From IMG/VR virus record IMGVR_UViG_3300034072_000926, positions 186,001 to 250,000 of that record: a DNA stretch of 64,000 nucleotides. One strand, written 5' to 3'. Shown piece after piece: positions 8,786 through 19,977 of this stretch. The notes under the pieces were generated by a model, which had not been told where the DNA came from, made no database searches, and was given only the letters and a program-made list of their open reading frames with translations. Position 1 is the stretch's first letter. Every line of letters starts with the position of its first letter. A program made the translations under genes and the position numbers.

Positions 8786-11700
8786 TGGCCAAGAAAAATA
8801 ATCGTAGCCCCTTCGCATTCACACCGATTGTCCTAGATCAGGATAGTCATGAGAAGCGTCGTATTGTCAAGCAGCTTCCTGCAGTCCATCAGACTGAGAC
8901 TCTGCAGAAGTTCTTTGGCGCGACCGCTGATCATCTATTCGATCCAGGCAAGGGTCGTGCGATCAATGGTTACGTGGGTCAGAAGCCACTTTGGTATGAT
9001 CCTGACCAGGACTATTACCTGGAGGAGAACACTAGCGAGCGCACCTTCTATCAGCTAGAAGCATCGATGGTTAGCAAGGACACTGAGGGCGAACTCTCGG
9101 ATCTTCTTCCTTATCCTGACCTTATCAATCAGCTTCGTTTCCAGGGCGCCTTGACGAACAATCACAATCGTTTGTTCTCGCAGGACTATTACACCTGGTG
9201 TCCTCCGATTGATCTGGACAAGATTGTCAACTTCCGTCAGTATGTCTGGCTTCCTGTAGCGGGACTATCGCCGACTAGCACTTTCGAGGATGACCAGAGC
9301 GATGGTTGGATTCTTGAGGATGGAACCCCTGCAACTATAAGGGGTCCATGGACTGGTCTGAGCAAGTATATTGGCGACTTTGGTGGAAACCCAACTGGTG
9401 CTCAGGTCGTTAGCAAGACCTTTACCCTCAACAGTTCTGCGACTTCGGCACAGATTGAGTTTGACTTCATCAAGCTAAACTCTTGGGACAGCGTTCCTAA
9501 TATGTATCAAGCACCTCAAGCTTATGGTCCTGAGAGCATCTTCGTCCATCTAAATGATGAGTTTGCATTCTCATTCACTCCAGTTGACATTGGTGGTAAT
9601 GGCGGTGCAAGCTTGGGTTCGGGATCCTTTGTGGTCGATGGTCTAACTGGTACCTACAATGTGACCTCGCCAGGCGCTGATGCTAATTTGGACACGAACA
9701 ACCCAGACTCTCAGCAATTCACTGATCGCGTTTATCGTGTGACTATGACCGTGCTTGGAACTGGGGCAACTCTCAAGCTAGGTTTCGGATCCAACACTGA
9801 TGAGCCTTGGCAGAACGAATCCTTTGGATTGGATAATATCCGTCTATCGCAGGTGTCTACTGCGGCCGTGATCGTCAATGGCCCAACTCAGACTTATAAG
9901 AGTCAGGGCAATACCTCAGTTTACAATCTGCCAGGATATGGCACTGGTGCGGATGCTGAACTACAGGGTCTCTATGATATTGACATCCTGACCTCTGGTT
10001 TGATCCATGCCGAGGTCGATGGTGTTTCTCGTCCATTCACTTATGTAACTGGTGAGGACAAAATCACCTTTGCTCAGCGTCCTGCTTTTGATGCTGAGAT
10101 TTCGATCTCAGTCTACAGCGACCTTGAGAACAACGCAATTGGTCTTCCAAGCACTAATGTCAAGGCATTCGGTGGAACTCAGCTATCAAGTGGCATGAGG
10201 ATCATTGTACGTCTCGACAAGAACAGTGACTTTAAGAACAATCAGATTTACATCGTTGAAGGTGTTGGTAGGTCGATCTTCCTAATCAAGGAAGAGGACA
10301 ATGGTGCCAGCGACACCCCTGACTATATGGTCATGGAACGTGGATCTTCTGATCGTAACGAATGGTCAACCGGTAACCGCTGGTTCCACGTAGATACCCT
10401 GCCAGAAAGCCTGGATCCTGATTATGTTCTGAGGCAGCGAGCAAATCGTCCAATCATCGAATTCAATCGCGGTCTAGAGCTTTACAACTATGGCTCTACC
10501 CGTCGTTTCGATGTAGACATTGTGGTTGAGAACATCGAAGATCTCAACGGCTACATGAATCAGAATCCAACTTCGATCACATTGGACGGTGTTACGGTTG
10601 TTACCCGTGGAACCAATATGATCAGCATGACTGCGGTCGATCCAACCACTGGTGTGACCTATGGTGATCGCACCAGCATCCGTATCATGGTTCGCAACAC
10701 TGTAAATGAACTCTTGAACAATAACATCCTAGTCCTTGTGAACCAGGGCGGCATTCTGAAACTGATCCTAGAGACTGATGGCGACAACCCAAGTGGTCAG
10801 CCAATCTATGGCGAAGTCTTCAAGGTCAAGCTTGGTTCCTATGCGAGCAAGAACCTACATTGGGATGGTGCTTCTTGGATTGTTGGTCAGAATAAGACCA
10901 AGGTCAATCAGGCTCCGTTGTTTGAACTTTATGACCTGAACGGCAACAGCCTCAGGGATGATGGTATCTATCCGAACAGCACCTTCAAGGGTTCGAAATT
11001 GTTCAACTACAAGGTTGACACAACTGGCACACGAGTAGCAGATGCTGCTCTTGGTATTGCACTTGTTCACGACAACAAGGGTCAGATTCAGTTTGAGAAT
11101 TTCCTCCACACTGAAGCTTACCAGTATGTTGTGGGCGGTAGGTTCCTAGACATCACTGGATTCTACTTCCATAGGTCAGGCGAGCAATTCAGCAATGACT
11201 GGTATAAAGGTCCATCCCGCACCCGTCAGTTCATGATTGACCGCTACGTGAGCGATGGTCGAACCAAGCTCTTTGCTTTCAGTCAGAATGCAGAAGAACT
11301 GTATGTTTCCCTTGGTCGTGTGAATGAGAGCAAGTCTTTCGAGCGCACTGATCTAGTAGAAGACACTGACTATATCAGGATGGGTCGTCAGATCATGATC
11401 CTGAATATCAAGCTTGGCGACGTGATCGAGATCCGTTCGTTCAGTTCTGCAAATCCTCCCGTTGATGCCACTGGTCATTATGAGATTCCTCTGAACCTTC
11501 AGGCAAACCCTGATAATGACGAAGTGACCACTTTGACCAAGGGCGACTTCTATGATCACTTCAGTGAGATCATGAAGAAGCAAGCAGGCTTTGATGGTGC
11601 TGAATATGCTCTAAACAACTATCGTGATACTGCTAAGGCTATGAACCTCGGCACACATATCATTCAGCACTCGGCTGGTCTATTGAAGACCATGCTTCTG

Positions 11701-14700
11701 GCTAGCAGTCAGAATCTTGATCTTTCCGCCTCGATCCGTTTTGCTGATTCCGAATATAGCAGGTTCAAGGCTAAGTTCCAGCAGAAGATTGTCAGCTACG
11801 TCAATCAAAACCGTCTCACCAATGCTACTTCGTATGACACTTGGATCAACACAGCTCTTGAAGAGATCAACAAGGGTAAAACAAAGCTCTTCCCATTCTA
11901 CCTCAGTGGTATGGCAAAGAACGAGTCGAATCTATTGCCAACTTTCATTCCACCGACTCCTAGCTTCCTCGGCGTGCATCCCCTGTATGCCCCTGAGATT
12001 GTCTCTGACGAGGTCTCGGACGAGGATGGCAACACAGTCACTGTCTGGTATGTAAGGGGACATGACGGGTCTCTAACCCTGGGTGAGAACGAGATTAGCG
12101 CTCGTGTCTTGATGGCACTCGAGGAACGCATCTTCAACAGCATTCCTGCTTCGATCCGTATGCGCGAACGTCCTGTTTGTGATCCATTGCTTGCTTATGG
12201 TGACCAATTCCGTTCCGCTGATTACACCTATGACGAGTATCTTCAGATCCTTCGTCCTTCGTTTGAACGTTGGGCAATTGCAAATCGTCTAGATGTAAGG
12301 ACGAACGAATACTATGACAGTGATGACCTATGGACTTGGAATTGGTCTCAGATCCTAACCTCTGATGGTCAGAAGGTTCCAGGTCACTGGCGCGGGATCT
12401 ACGAGAAGTTCTTTGGAACTCAGCGTCCTGACATAATGCCTTGGGAAAGCCTTGGTTTCTCGATAAAGCCCGATTGGTGGGATGATCGCTACGGCAGTGC
12501 TCCTTACACAAGCGAGAACTTGGTTCTTTGGAATGACCTTGAGAATGGTTATATCCACAGCGGTCCACGTCAGGGCTTCAATGCTCACTTGGCTCGTCCA
12601 GGTCTATCACAGCATATCCCTGTTGACCTTCGTGGTCGTCTACGTCACCCAGGTCCACGCTGGAGGCCATCTGATACTGGTCCAAATCTAGACCAGTCTT
12701 GGACCGAAAGCCAGTATGTTGAATGGGAAGACACTAGCGCAGATGATGTGGTTCTAGGCTGTGGAATCTTGCCGACCCTTCCGCTAGTCTCTGATCGTAA
12801 GGCTGATTGGAACTATGGCGACATGGGCCCAACTGAACAGAACTGGAGGCGTTCAAGCACCTTCATGTTTGCCGCTGCTACTGCGAGCTATCTCATGAAG
12901 CCAGCTGCTTTCGTCGAACTTGGTTGGAATACTCAAGACATTGAACTGTTCTTTGCCGGTTCGGTCAATGAGCAGTGGATGAACCAGGATACAATGGGTC
13001 GCCCGAGCAACAGCGAACTACAAGTTCACGGCGAAGTCTTGGATGATCTCAGCCTTGTGACCAAGGTCGGTATTCAGCAGTGGGTTAGCGATTATTTGGC
13101 AAACCGCAATTCGGAGATTAATTCGAATCTAGCTGAAAAGGTTCGTGGTTTGGGATCGCAGCTCTCCTATAAGGTAGGTGGGTTCTCGGACGCAACGACT
13201 CTCATCACAGTTAGCGATGCATTTGGTCGTATTCCAAGCGAAGACGTCACGATCTCAAGCTACAGATCACCAAGCATCCGCGAGGAAACCTATAGCGGTC
13301 TAGCAATTGAGTATAAGTCGAATGGTTATGAGATTTACGGCTATGATACCCTGAATCCATATTTCTATACCATCCCTGCTGATAAGAACGGCAGCAAGAT
13401 CTCCGTTGGTAGCGGCATTAAGGCATCTAACCCTACTCCACTTTGGAGGGGCGCGACCTATTATACCGTGAACATCGTTGTGAAGCATGAGGACAACTTC
13501 TACCGCGCACTAAAGACCCACACAAGCTCTACGTTCTTCGAACCATCTTACTGGACTCAGGTATCTCGTCCGCAGTATGCAGACGGTGGCGCGCTTGTAT
13601 GGTATCTTGGTCAGCCAGTATCTCCGGTAATTGAGAAGGTTGCGTATGGCACTATCCTTAAGACTCCGCAGCAGGTCGCAGATTTTGTCAATGGCTACAA
13701 CCGCTACCTCGAGTCGAGGGGTTGGAAGTTTGACTCGTTGAATGATGATCAGGATGATATCCGCGATTGGAGGTCTGCACTTACAAGTTTCATCACTTGG
13801 AGCAGTCAGACTGATCGAGAGGAAGGCGACTTCCTCTCACTTAGCCCAAGTTCTAAGCTGATTCAGTATTCGACTGATCACGGCACTATTCAGCCGGTTG
13901 AACAGATCATCAATGGTCTCTACGCAATCGTGAACCAGAATGGTCAGCCAATTGATCCGAAGGATACTAGGGTCGTTCGTAACGATGGCAGCATCTCGAT
14001 CTACTGCGATTCGACAACTAGCGGTGTCTTCGGTCTGCGACTCTACGTGAGCGAGATTGAACATGTTCTTGTGTTCAACAATAAGACGATATTCGGCGAT
14101 ACCATTTATTCGCCGCTGCTCAACATCAAGCAGCCTCGTATCCGTCTTCAGGGCTTCAAGACTGTTGGTTGGAAGGGTCGTGTTGATGCACCTGGCTTCA
14201 TTGTAACTGGCGACACTTTGACTCCAAACTTCGAGCGTGCTGCGGATGACTTCCGTCGTTTCTTCGAAATTGAGTCGATGGAGAACAAGTCCCTACAGGA
14301 TCGCGCCCGTGCAAACTTCGGCTATGAGGAACGTGAATACCTCAACAATCTGCTCTTGACCTCAACTAACCAGTTTGAGTTCTATCAGGGTATGATTCAG
14401 CAGAAGGGTTCGCCAACCTCAATGCGTCGTCTCCTTCGCTCCAACTTCATTCGCCACAACAAGGGTTTGAAGCTGTTTGAGGAATGGGCATTCCGAGTTG
14501 GCGACTACGGCGGACAAGAAGTTACGCCGCAGCTGGATATCCAGATCCGTCAGAGCGAATTCAAGAACAACCCACAGTTGATCAAATTCACTAATGCTTC
14601 TGAGGCAAATACCTACGGTGTCATCAATGTCGTTGACACTAAGAATGCTGATGGCTCCTTGAATGATCTAGATGATCGTTGGAACTGGCGTCCAGATATC

Positions 14701-17700
14701 GCGGATATCAATTGGCCAACCAAGGACTTTGTTGCTAACGCGACCACTCCAGAAACTGCTGGCCCGGTCAACCTAGATGAAGTTCGCTTCACTGTTGCGA
14801 CCAATGAAGAGTTTGATGACTTTTATGGTTCGCTTTTGGATCAGGACGAAGTAATCAATGATCGTGACCGTGTTTGGGTGTATGGCATTGGTTCAGGTAG
14901 TGCATCGACTTCGTGGATGACCTACAAGTTCAATTCGACTGGCTTCAATATCGTCGATGTTGCTGCTCCTACCTTTGAGGGTCAGGGTTCGATTGTTCAG
15001 CTTGATAAGAATCTGAATGGCTTCGATGGATCTAATGATCCATGGACCAAACCATTCTATCTCAGCGCCGATATTGACCTGAATGAATATGACGACAATG
15101 GTTTTAGGATCTCGGGCGAGCGTCTTGTTCTCAAGAACATTGAGAACACTGATCTTAACCCACGCATGACCTACGTTCCAGCAACTAGAAATAAGGCAAA
15201 GGCTACACTTGAAACCACTGATCAGGCTGTTTTGATGGCATTCATGCCTCAAGCAGGACAAATGCTGAAGAGCATCACGGTCATTGTGGACGAAGCCTTC
15301 CCAAGTGATGCAACTCTTGAGATTGGTCATTCTGAAATTCATGACTTCTTCCTACCGGCTGATATGATTAATCTTTCGGTTACAGGAACTTACGAGATCA
15401 GCTCGCTCAATAACCCTAACTTCCCTTGGAACACTTCCTTGGCCGGCGGTGCTACCTATATGACAGCTGACTTGGTTTCGGCATCGACCTATGGTAGCCT
15501 GCGTATTGAAGTTGCCTATTATTACACCAAGGGCGTTGAGCTTTTGGAGAATCTCAATGGTAGTTTGGTTCCAAGCTTTGTCAATGTCGATGGCGGCACT
15601 GGTGAATTCTATACTTGGTTGAAGACTCGCTATCCAAACCTCGCCAGCGTTCCAACCACTGCTGGCATTTGGGACGATGGTGATATTGTTGAAGTAGACT
15701 CAGGTCCAGAAGATGGTCCAGATGATGGTCGTTGGTCAACTTATAAGATGATTGGAGGTTCTTGGACCGAGATTCGTCGTCAGAACCGCAAAATCAATAG
15801 CGATCTACTGACCAACGCGGCAATCTTCAACTCGACAGAAAACAAGCTCAAGTTGGTTCTTCAGCTCTACGATCCACTCAAGGGATTCATTCCTGGCACG
15901 GCTGATCGCGAACTGGAATACAAGACAAAGGCTGACCCTGCAATCTACAATGATGGTTTGATGGTGTGGGGCAAGGAACAAGTCGGCAAGCTGTGGTGGA
16001 ATCTGTCTACAACTCGTTACCTAGATTATGAGATCTATGATGATCTTTCCAATGGTGTGAACTATCGTTGGAAGAACTGGGGTCGTATTGCTCCTAATAC
16101 GAGCATTGACATTTATGAGTGGACTTGTAGTCCAGTGACTCCAAACTCCTGGTCGGCATATGTGGAGAGTAAGGCAAATCTGAAGATTGACAACAAGCCA
16201 TCGGGCGAAGTTGAAGAGACTGCACCATACATCATCGATGTTGAATGGAATGATGAAATTCAGGCTGAAGAAACTGTCTATTACTTCTGGGTTAAGAACC
16301 CAACTGTCGTTCCGGGCATTCCAAGCCGCAAGCTTTCTGCACGTCAGGTCAGCAATATCATCAGCAATCCAAGCGCACAGGACATTCCTTACTTCGCAGT
16401 CATCGATACCAATAAGGTTGTTGTTGGTGGTATCAGGCAGTTCCTAAACGAAACAGATACCGTGTTGAAGATCAAGTGGAACTTGGATGCAGACATTCAC
16501 AACAATCACCATAAGCAGTGGATGATTCTTCGTGAAGAGGACGAACGCAACACCATCAATGACGTTCTGTGGAACAAGATGCGTGACTCGGTTGTTGGCT
16601 GGGACGCAACGCAGGCGTATGTGCCGGACACTAAGCTACCAAAGGCCCAGCAGGTCGGTGCGCTAGTCCGTCCTCGCCAGTCTTGGTTCCCGACTGATGC
16701 AACTGCAACTGGCCAGCGTCCAAGCCGCGGTGCTCGCGAAGCATTCGTAGATGTCATGAATGACATCTTGTCGGCTGCTCCATTCACTGAGACTATGCCA
16801 AATTGGGAGAATGTATTTGCATCCGGCGAAGCATTGCCAACTGAAGACCGCTACATCACTACCGCTCTTGACTTGACCGACCTTGCCAACTTGCTACCTG
16901 CAAGCCGCAATATGGTTCAGCCAGGTGAATGTGTTCTCATTGAGAATACTGTTGATGCAGCTGGTTTCTGGACTCTCTGGAAGCTAGTTGAGATTTCGGG
17001 TCAGAGGACTTTCATCCTTGAAGACTTCCAAAAGTGGAGGATGCAAGAAGGTGAACTATGGAACCTAGCTGACTGGTATGCTGAGGATTGGTCTGCAAAG
17101 AACTTCCCTAACTATCGCTTCGCTACTGAGGATGATCGTAAGGCTGCTGGTAACCTCGACGTTACCCTGCTGAAGGGCACCTTGGTTCAGGTTGACCACA
17201 GTGATACCGCAAATCCACAGTGGACTTGGGATGTCTATACCTCGACAACCAAATATCAGGTCGCTAAGGCAAAGAGCACAATGAAGCTCAGCGATGCGTT
17301 CTATGATGCAAGCCGTGTCGAGTTTGGTCCTAGGGAAGTCTCTGCAATCCTCAATGCAAGCGAGGCAACTCGTATCACTCCGGCGAGGATTCAGGAACTA
17401 GCTGATCTGATCAACTATCGTGATGGTAGCCGTGAAATTGAATACATCCTGAACACTATTAAGTCGGATGTCTTTGATGTTCTACAGAAGAACAAGCTGT
17501 TCTTCGGTATGGTCAAGAGTGCGTTCAAGCAGAGCCAGGTCATCGACTGGGCATTTAAGACGTCCTTCCTCTACCTCGGCGGCTATTCGGAAACTCTACG
17601 TCAGAGCCCGGTGGCTTTCAAGGATCAGATTGACAACGTGATTGCATACTTGGAAGAGGTCAAGCCATACCACGTTAAGATTCGTGAATATGTGCGTCGC

Positions 17701-19335
17701 CTCTCTTATGGACCCGACGTTGCTGATTTGGCTATGACTGACTTTGATAAGCCAGTCTACCCAGACAGTGGTAGCTACCGAGTATTGAATCCAAACAATG
17801 CTGCGGATCAGAACATCCTAGGTCTAAACCGTCCTTGGAAGGATTGGTATGAAAACTTCCAGAAGCCAGTTCAGGAACTAGCTGATTGGAACCTAGAATG
17901 GAATGGCGTCCGTAAGATGAAGGTCAAGATGAAGTTTGACCGTATCGCTTGTGGAACTGTTTCGGGTTGGGATACTTTCCCTTGGGATCCAGCACTCTTG
18001 GTCTATAGCCAGATTGGTGGTGAGACTCAGAGCCTCAGCACTTTGAATGCTATGTATCGTAATAAGAATACTGGCGGCGATCCTGAGTTCTATCGTGACC
18101 AGACTGTAGAAACGATTGAGGATCGTAACTACTTGGTTCGTAAGGGTATCGTGACCGAGGATCGTTCGGGAACCATCGTAACTGTCCTAACAACTGGCGA
18201 ACACTTCATGTGGACCGGTGAGGCTTGGGCTAAGTTCGAGGCAATTGGTTGGGATCAGGGTCCAGACATGGGTGCAGTTACCCGTGTCGAGGAATCGTAT
18301 TATCCACTGCCTGGTATGACCCGTGCAGATGATGCAGGCTTGATTGCAGGATGTGACTTTGACGGCACTGTTATCTCGAGCAGCTTTGTCCAGGATGAAT
18401 GGGATATCTTCGAATGGGATTCTACTGGATATAGCCAGGGTATGCGTGAACATATCGGCGTTGATGTTGACAAGATTGACGGTAACACCACTGCCTCGGA
18501 TGAGAATGATCCTGCGAACATTAAAATCTCTGGTAATCAGTTTGCTCAGCCACATCGTGATTCCGGACGTCCGCACGAACTGGTAAGCATTCGTGGCATT
18601 GAGAGCATTGTGATCAACGTGACACAGAATGGTGTTCCATTGCGTAAGAGCTTCATGAACGCACAGAACAAGTGGCAGGACACTGTGATTGGAAACAGTG
18701 GTATCTCGTTTGTTGATTGGGATCAAATCAATAAGCAGGTAACGCTGACCGTTCCGGGTTGGAATGAAGATGGAAATGGATTCACGGCAATCCATGACCC
18801 TCAGAATCCATCTAATGGTTTCATCCGAGATATCATGTTGTCGAAGGGCTACAGGTCAACCAGCAATGTGGATATGACTTCTGCAGGTGTCAAGACCTTC
18901 AAGCTTCGTGACATGGCCGACATTGATAGCTTGCCAGCTGGTCTGATGGGCGACAATGTTAAGGTTGCAATCGTGAATACTAGGGATCCAAGCAAGCGCG
19001 CAATTGGTGTTCTCTCGAACAGTAAGGGTAACGAAGTTGGATCTTGGAATGGTTCGATCACGGTAGATTTCACCGATGGCTTCGTGGACATTGGTTCGGG
19101 TAAGAGTTGGAACATCATCCCTGTTGATATGTTCAACGAACCAGGTATCGTCTGGATCGACAATGCTCGTTTCACCTACACTGAAATCGAACGCACTGGT
19201 AATACGGCAATCCTCAAGAACGCAAGGCTATCGGCAAGCTCGCTAGAATGTCTGAATATTGCTGAGGATAATAGCGTGACTCTAAAGAGCACGGGTCCGG
19301 TTTTTGATGGTTCTAAACATCGTCAAAACGCCTAA
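8785..19335 (+). CDS. Very large (3516 aa) virion structural/baseplate protein
   Basis: Uninterrupted 10.5-kb ORF coupled to the gp6-like gene. 'YLEEVKPYHVKIRE' near the C-terminus. Internal CBM-like modules. Confidence 0.75.
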   Translation: MAKKNNRSPFAFTPIVLDQDSHEKRRIVKQLPAVHQTETLQKFFGATADHLFDPGKGRAINGYVGQKPLWYDPDQDYYLEENTSERTFYQLEASMVSKDTEGELSDLLPYPDLINQLRFQGALTNNHNRLFSQDYYTWCPPIDLDKIVNFRQYVWLPVAGLSPTSTFEDDQSDGWILEDGTPATIRGPWTGLSKYIGDFGGNPTGAQVVSKTFTLNSSATSAQIEFDFIKLNSWDSVPNMYQAPQAYGPESIFVHLNDEFAFSFTPVDIGGNGGASLGSGSFVVDGLTGTYNVTSPGADANLDTNNPDSQQFTDRVYRVTMTVLGTGATLKLGFGSNTDEPWQNESFGLDNIRLSQVSTAAVIVNGPTQTYKSQGNTSVYNLPGYGTGADAELQGLYDIDILTSGLIHAEVDGVSRPFTYVTGEDKITFAQRPAFDAEISISVYSDLENNAIGLPSTNVKAFGGTQLSSGMRIIVRLDKNSDFKNNQIYIVEGVGRSIFLIKEEDNGASDTPDYMVMERGSSDRNEWSTGNRWFHVDTLPESLDPDYVLRQRANRPIIEFNRGLELYNYGSTRRFDVDIVVENIEDLNGYMNQNPTSITLDGVTVVTRGTNMISMTAVDPTTGVTYGDRTSIRIMVRNTVNELLNNNILVLVNQGGILKLILETDGDNPSGQPIYGEVFKVKLGSYASKNLHWDGASWIVGQNKTKVNQAPLFELYDLNGNSLRDDGIYPNSTFKGSKLFNYKVDTTGTRVADAALGIALVHDNKGQIQFENFLHTEAYQYVVGGRFLDITGFYFHRSGEQFSNDWYKGPSRTRQFMIDRYVSDGRTKLFAFSQNAEELYVSLGRVNESKSFERTDLVEDTDYIRMGRQIMILNIKLGDVIEIRSFSSANPPVDATGHYEIPLNLQANPDNDEVTTLTKGDFYDHFSEIMKKQAGFDGAEYALNNYRDTAKAMNLGTHIIQHSAGLLKTMLLASSQNLDLSASIRFADSEYSRFKAKFQQKIVSYVNQNRLTNATSYDTWINTALEEINKGKTKLFPFYLSGMAKNESNLLPTFIPPTPSFLGVHPLYAPEIVSDEVSDEDGNTVTVWYVRGHDGSLTLGENEISARVLMALEERIFNSIPASIRMRERPVCDPLLAYGDQFRSADYTYDEYLQILRPSFERWAIANRLDVRTNEYYDSDDLWTWNWSQILTSDGQKVPGHWRGIYEKFFGTQRPDIMPWESLGFSIKPDWWDDRYGSAPYTSENLVLWNDLENGYIHSGPRQGFNAHLARPGLSQHIPVDLRGRLRHPGPRWRPSDTGPNLDQSWTESQYVEWEDTSADDVVLGCGILPTLPLVSDRKADWNYGDMGPTEQNWRRSSTFMFAAATASYLMKPAAFVELGWNTQDIELFFAGSVNEQWMNQDTMGRPSNSELQVHGEVLDDLSLVTKVGIQQWVSDYLANRNSEINSNLAEKVRGLGSQLSYKVGGFSDATTLITVSDAFGRIPSEDVTISSYRSPSIREETYSGLAIEYKSNGYEIYGYDTLNPYFYTIPADKNGSKISVGSGIKASNPTPLWRGATYYTVNIVVKHEDNFYRALKTHTSSTFFEPSYWTQVSRPQYADGGALVWYLGQPVSPVIEKVAYGTILKTPQQVADFVNGYNRYLESRGWKFDSLNDDQDDIRDWRSALTSFITWSSQTDREEGDFLSLSPSSKLIQYSTDHGTIQPVEQIINGLYAIVNQNGQPIDPKDTRVVRNDGSISIYCDSTTSGVFGLRLYVSEIEHVLVFNNKTIFGDTIYSPLLNIKQPRIRLQGFKTVGWKGRVDAPGFIVTGDTLTPNFERAADDFRRFFEIESMENKSLQDRARANFGYEEREYLNNLLLTSTNQFEFYQGMIQQKGSPTSMRRLLRSNFIRHNKGLKLFEEWAFRVGDYGGQEVTPQLDIQIRQSEFKNNPQLIKFTNASEANTYGVINVVDTKNADGSLNDLDDRWNWRPDIADINWPTKDFVANATTPETAGPVNLDEVRFTVATNEEFDDFYGSLLDQDEVINDRDRVWVYGIGSGSASTSWMTYKFNSTGFNIVDVAAPTFEGQGSIVQLDKNLNGFDGSNDPWTKPFYLSADIDLNEYDDNGFRISGERLVLKNIENTDLNPRMTYVPATRNKAKATLETTDQAVLMAFMPQAGQMLKSITVIVDEAFPSDATLEIGHSEIHDFFLPADMINLSVTGTYEISSLNNPNFPWNTSLAGGATYMTADLVSASTYGSLRIEVAYYYTKGVELLENLNGSLVPSFVNVDGGTGEFYTWLKTRYPNLASVPTTAGIWDDGDIVEVDSGPEDGPDDGRWSTYKMIGGSWTEIRRQNRKINSDLLTNAAIFNSTENKLKLVLQLYDPLKGFIPGTADRELEYKTKADPAIYNDGLMVWGKEQVGKLWWNLSTTRYLDYEIYDDLSNGVNYRWKNWGRIAPNTSIDIYEWTCSPVTPNSWSAYVESKANLKIDNKPSGEVEETAPYIIDVEWNDEIQAEETVYYFWVKNPTVVPGIPSRKLSARQVSNIISNPSAQDIPYFAVIDTNKVVVGGIRQFLNETDTVLKIKWNLDADIHNNHHKQWMILREEDERNTINDVLWNKMRDSVVGWDATQAYVPDTKLPKAQQVGALVRPRQSWFPTDATATGQRPSRGAREAFVDVMNDILSAAPFTETMPNWENVFASGEALPTEDRYITTALDLTDLANLLPASRNMVQPGECVLIENTVDAAGFWTLWKLVEISGQRTFILEDFQKWRMQEGELWNLADWYAEDWSAKNFPNYRFATEDDRKAAGNLDVTLLKGTLVQVDHSDTANPQWTWDVYTSTTKYQVAKAKSTMKLSDAFYDASRVEFGPREVSAILNASEATRITPARIQELADLINYRDGSREIEYILNTIKSDVFDVLQKNKLFFGMVKSAFKQSQVIDWAFKTSFLYLGGYSETLRQSPVAFKDQIDNVIAYLEEVKPYHVKIREYVRRLSYGPDVADLAMTDFDKPVYPDSGSYRVLNPNNAADQNILGLNRPWKDWYENFQKPVQELADWNLEWNGVRKMKVKMKFDRIACGTVSGWDTFPWDPALLVYSQIGGETQSLSTLNAMYRNKNTGGDPEFYRDQTVETIEDRNYLVRKGIVTEDRSGTIVTVLTTGEHFMWTGEAWAKFEAIGWDQGPDMGAVTRVEESYYPLPGMTRADDAGLIAGCDFDGTVISSSFVQDEWDIFEWDSTGYSQGMREHIGVDVDKIDGNTTASDENDPANIKISGNQFAQPHRDSGRPHELVSIRGIESIVINVTQNGVPLRKSFMNAQNKWQDTVIGNSGISFVDWDQINKQVTLTVPGWNEDGNGFTAIHDPQNPSNGFIRDIMLSKGYRSTSNVDMTSAGVKTFKLRDMADIDSLPAGLMGDNVKVAIVNTRDPSKRAIGVLSNSKGNEVGSWNGSITVDFTDGFVDIGSGKSWNIIPVDMFNEPGIVWIDNARFTYTEIERTGNTAILKNARLSASSLECLNIAEDNSVTLKSTGPVFDGSKHRQNA

Positions 19336-19342
19336 ATAAATA
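19333..19342 (+). promoter_or_regulatory. Late promoter (overlapping TAAATAAATA)
   Basis: Motif directly upstream of the gene at 19368. Confidence 0.5.
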
Positions 19343-19367
19343 CACTTATAATAGGATTGGAGAGGTC

Positions 19368-19931
19368 ATGAGCGAAGAATTCCAGGATGATGTTCTGCCC
19401 AAGATGACAGGTCACGTTTTGATTCGTGACCCTGAATCTGGTCAGGTAATCCTCGATAAGAAAAACGCAATTCACTATGAAAACATGAGCCTTGCAATTG
19501 GATATGCTCTCGCGAATAAAGGCGAGGGCATCATCTACAGCATGGCTTTTGGTAATGGCGGTAGCGCGGTTAGTGGAACGGGTGCAATCACCTATTTCCC
19601 TACCAACACAGTTGATCCCAAGGCAGATCTCTATGATCCTACTTACAATAAGATCATTGATGCCTCCTCGACTAACTTCATCGAAGTGAAGCACCTTCTT
19701 GGCACACCTTACACTGACATTGTTGTGACCTGTACTCTAGATTACAATGAACCAAGTGGTCAAGAGGCATTTGACGACGCCTCTCATACCGATGGCACCT
19801 ATGTATTCGACGAGCTAGGCCTCAAGACCAGCGAAGGTCTATTGCTCACTCATGTTGTGTTCAATCCAATCCAGAAGGCTCTGAATCGACTAATTGAGGT
19901 TGTCTACACACTACGAGTCCAGATGAATTAA
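19368..19931 (+). CDS. Virion structural protein (baseplate/tail-fibre attachment-like)
   Basis: 'MAFGNGG', 'FDELGL', 'HVVFNPIQKALNRLIEVVYTLR'; lies between the baseplate and fibre genes. Confidence 0.6.
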   Translation: MSEEFQDDVLPKMTGHVLIRDPESGQVILDKKNAIHYENMSLAIGYALANKGEGIIYSMAFGNGGSAVSGTGAITYFPTNTVDPKADLYDPTYNKIIDASSTNFIEVKHLLGTPYTDIVVTCTLDYNEPSGQEAFDDASHTDGTYVFDELGLKTSEGLLLTHVVFNPIQKALNRLIEVVYTLRVQMN

Positions 19932-19950
19932 CCATGTGCTTTATCGGGCA

Positions 19951-19957
19951 ATAAATA
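19951..19957 (+). promoter_or_regulatory. Late promoter (ATAAATA)
   Basis: Upstream of tail fibre 1, which has an AGGAGG RBS. Confidence 0.55.
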
Positions 19958-19977
19958 TCTGAGATTCAGGAGGGTAT

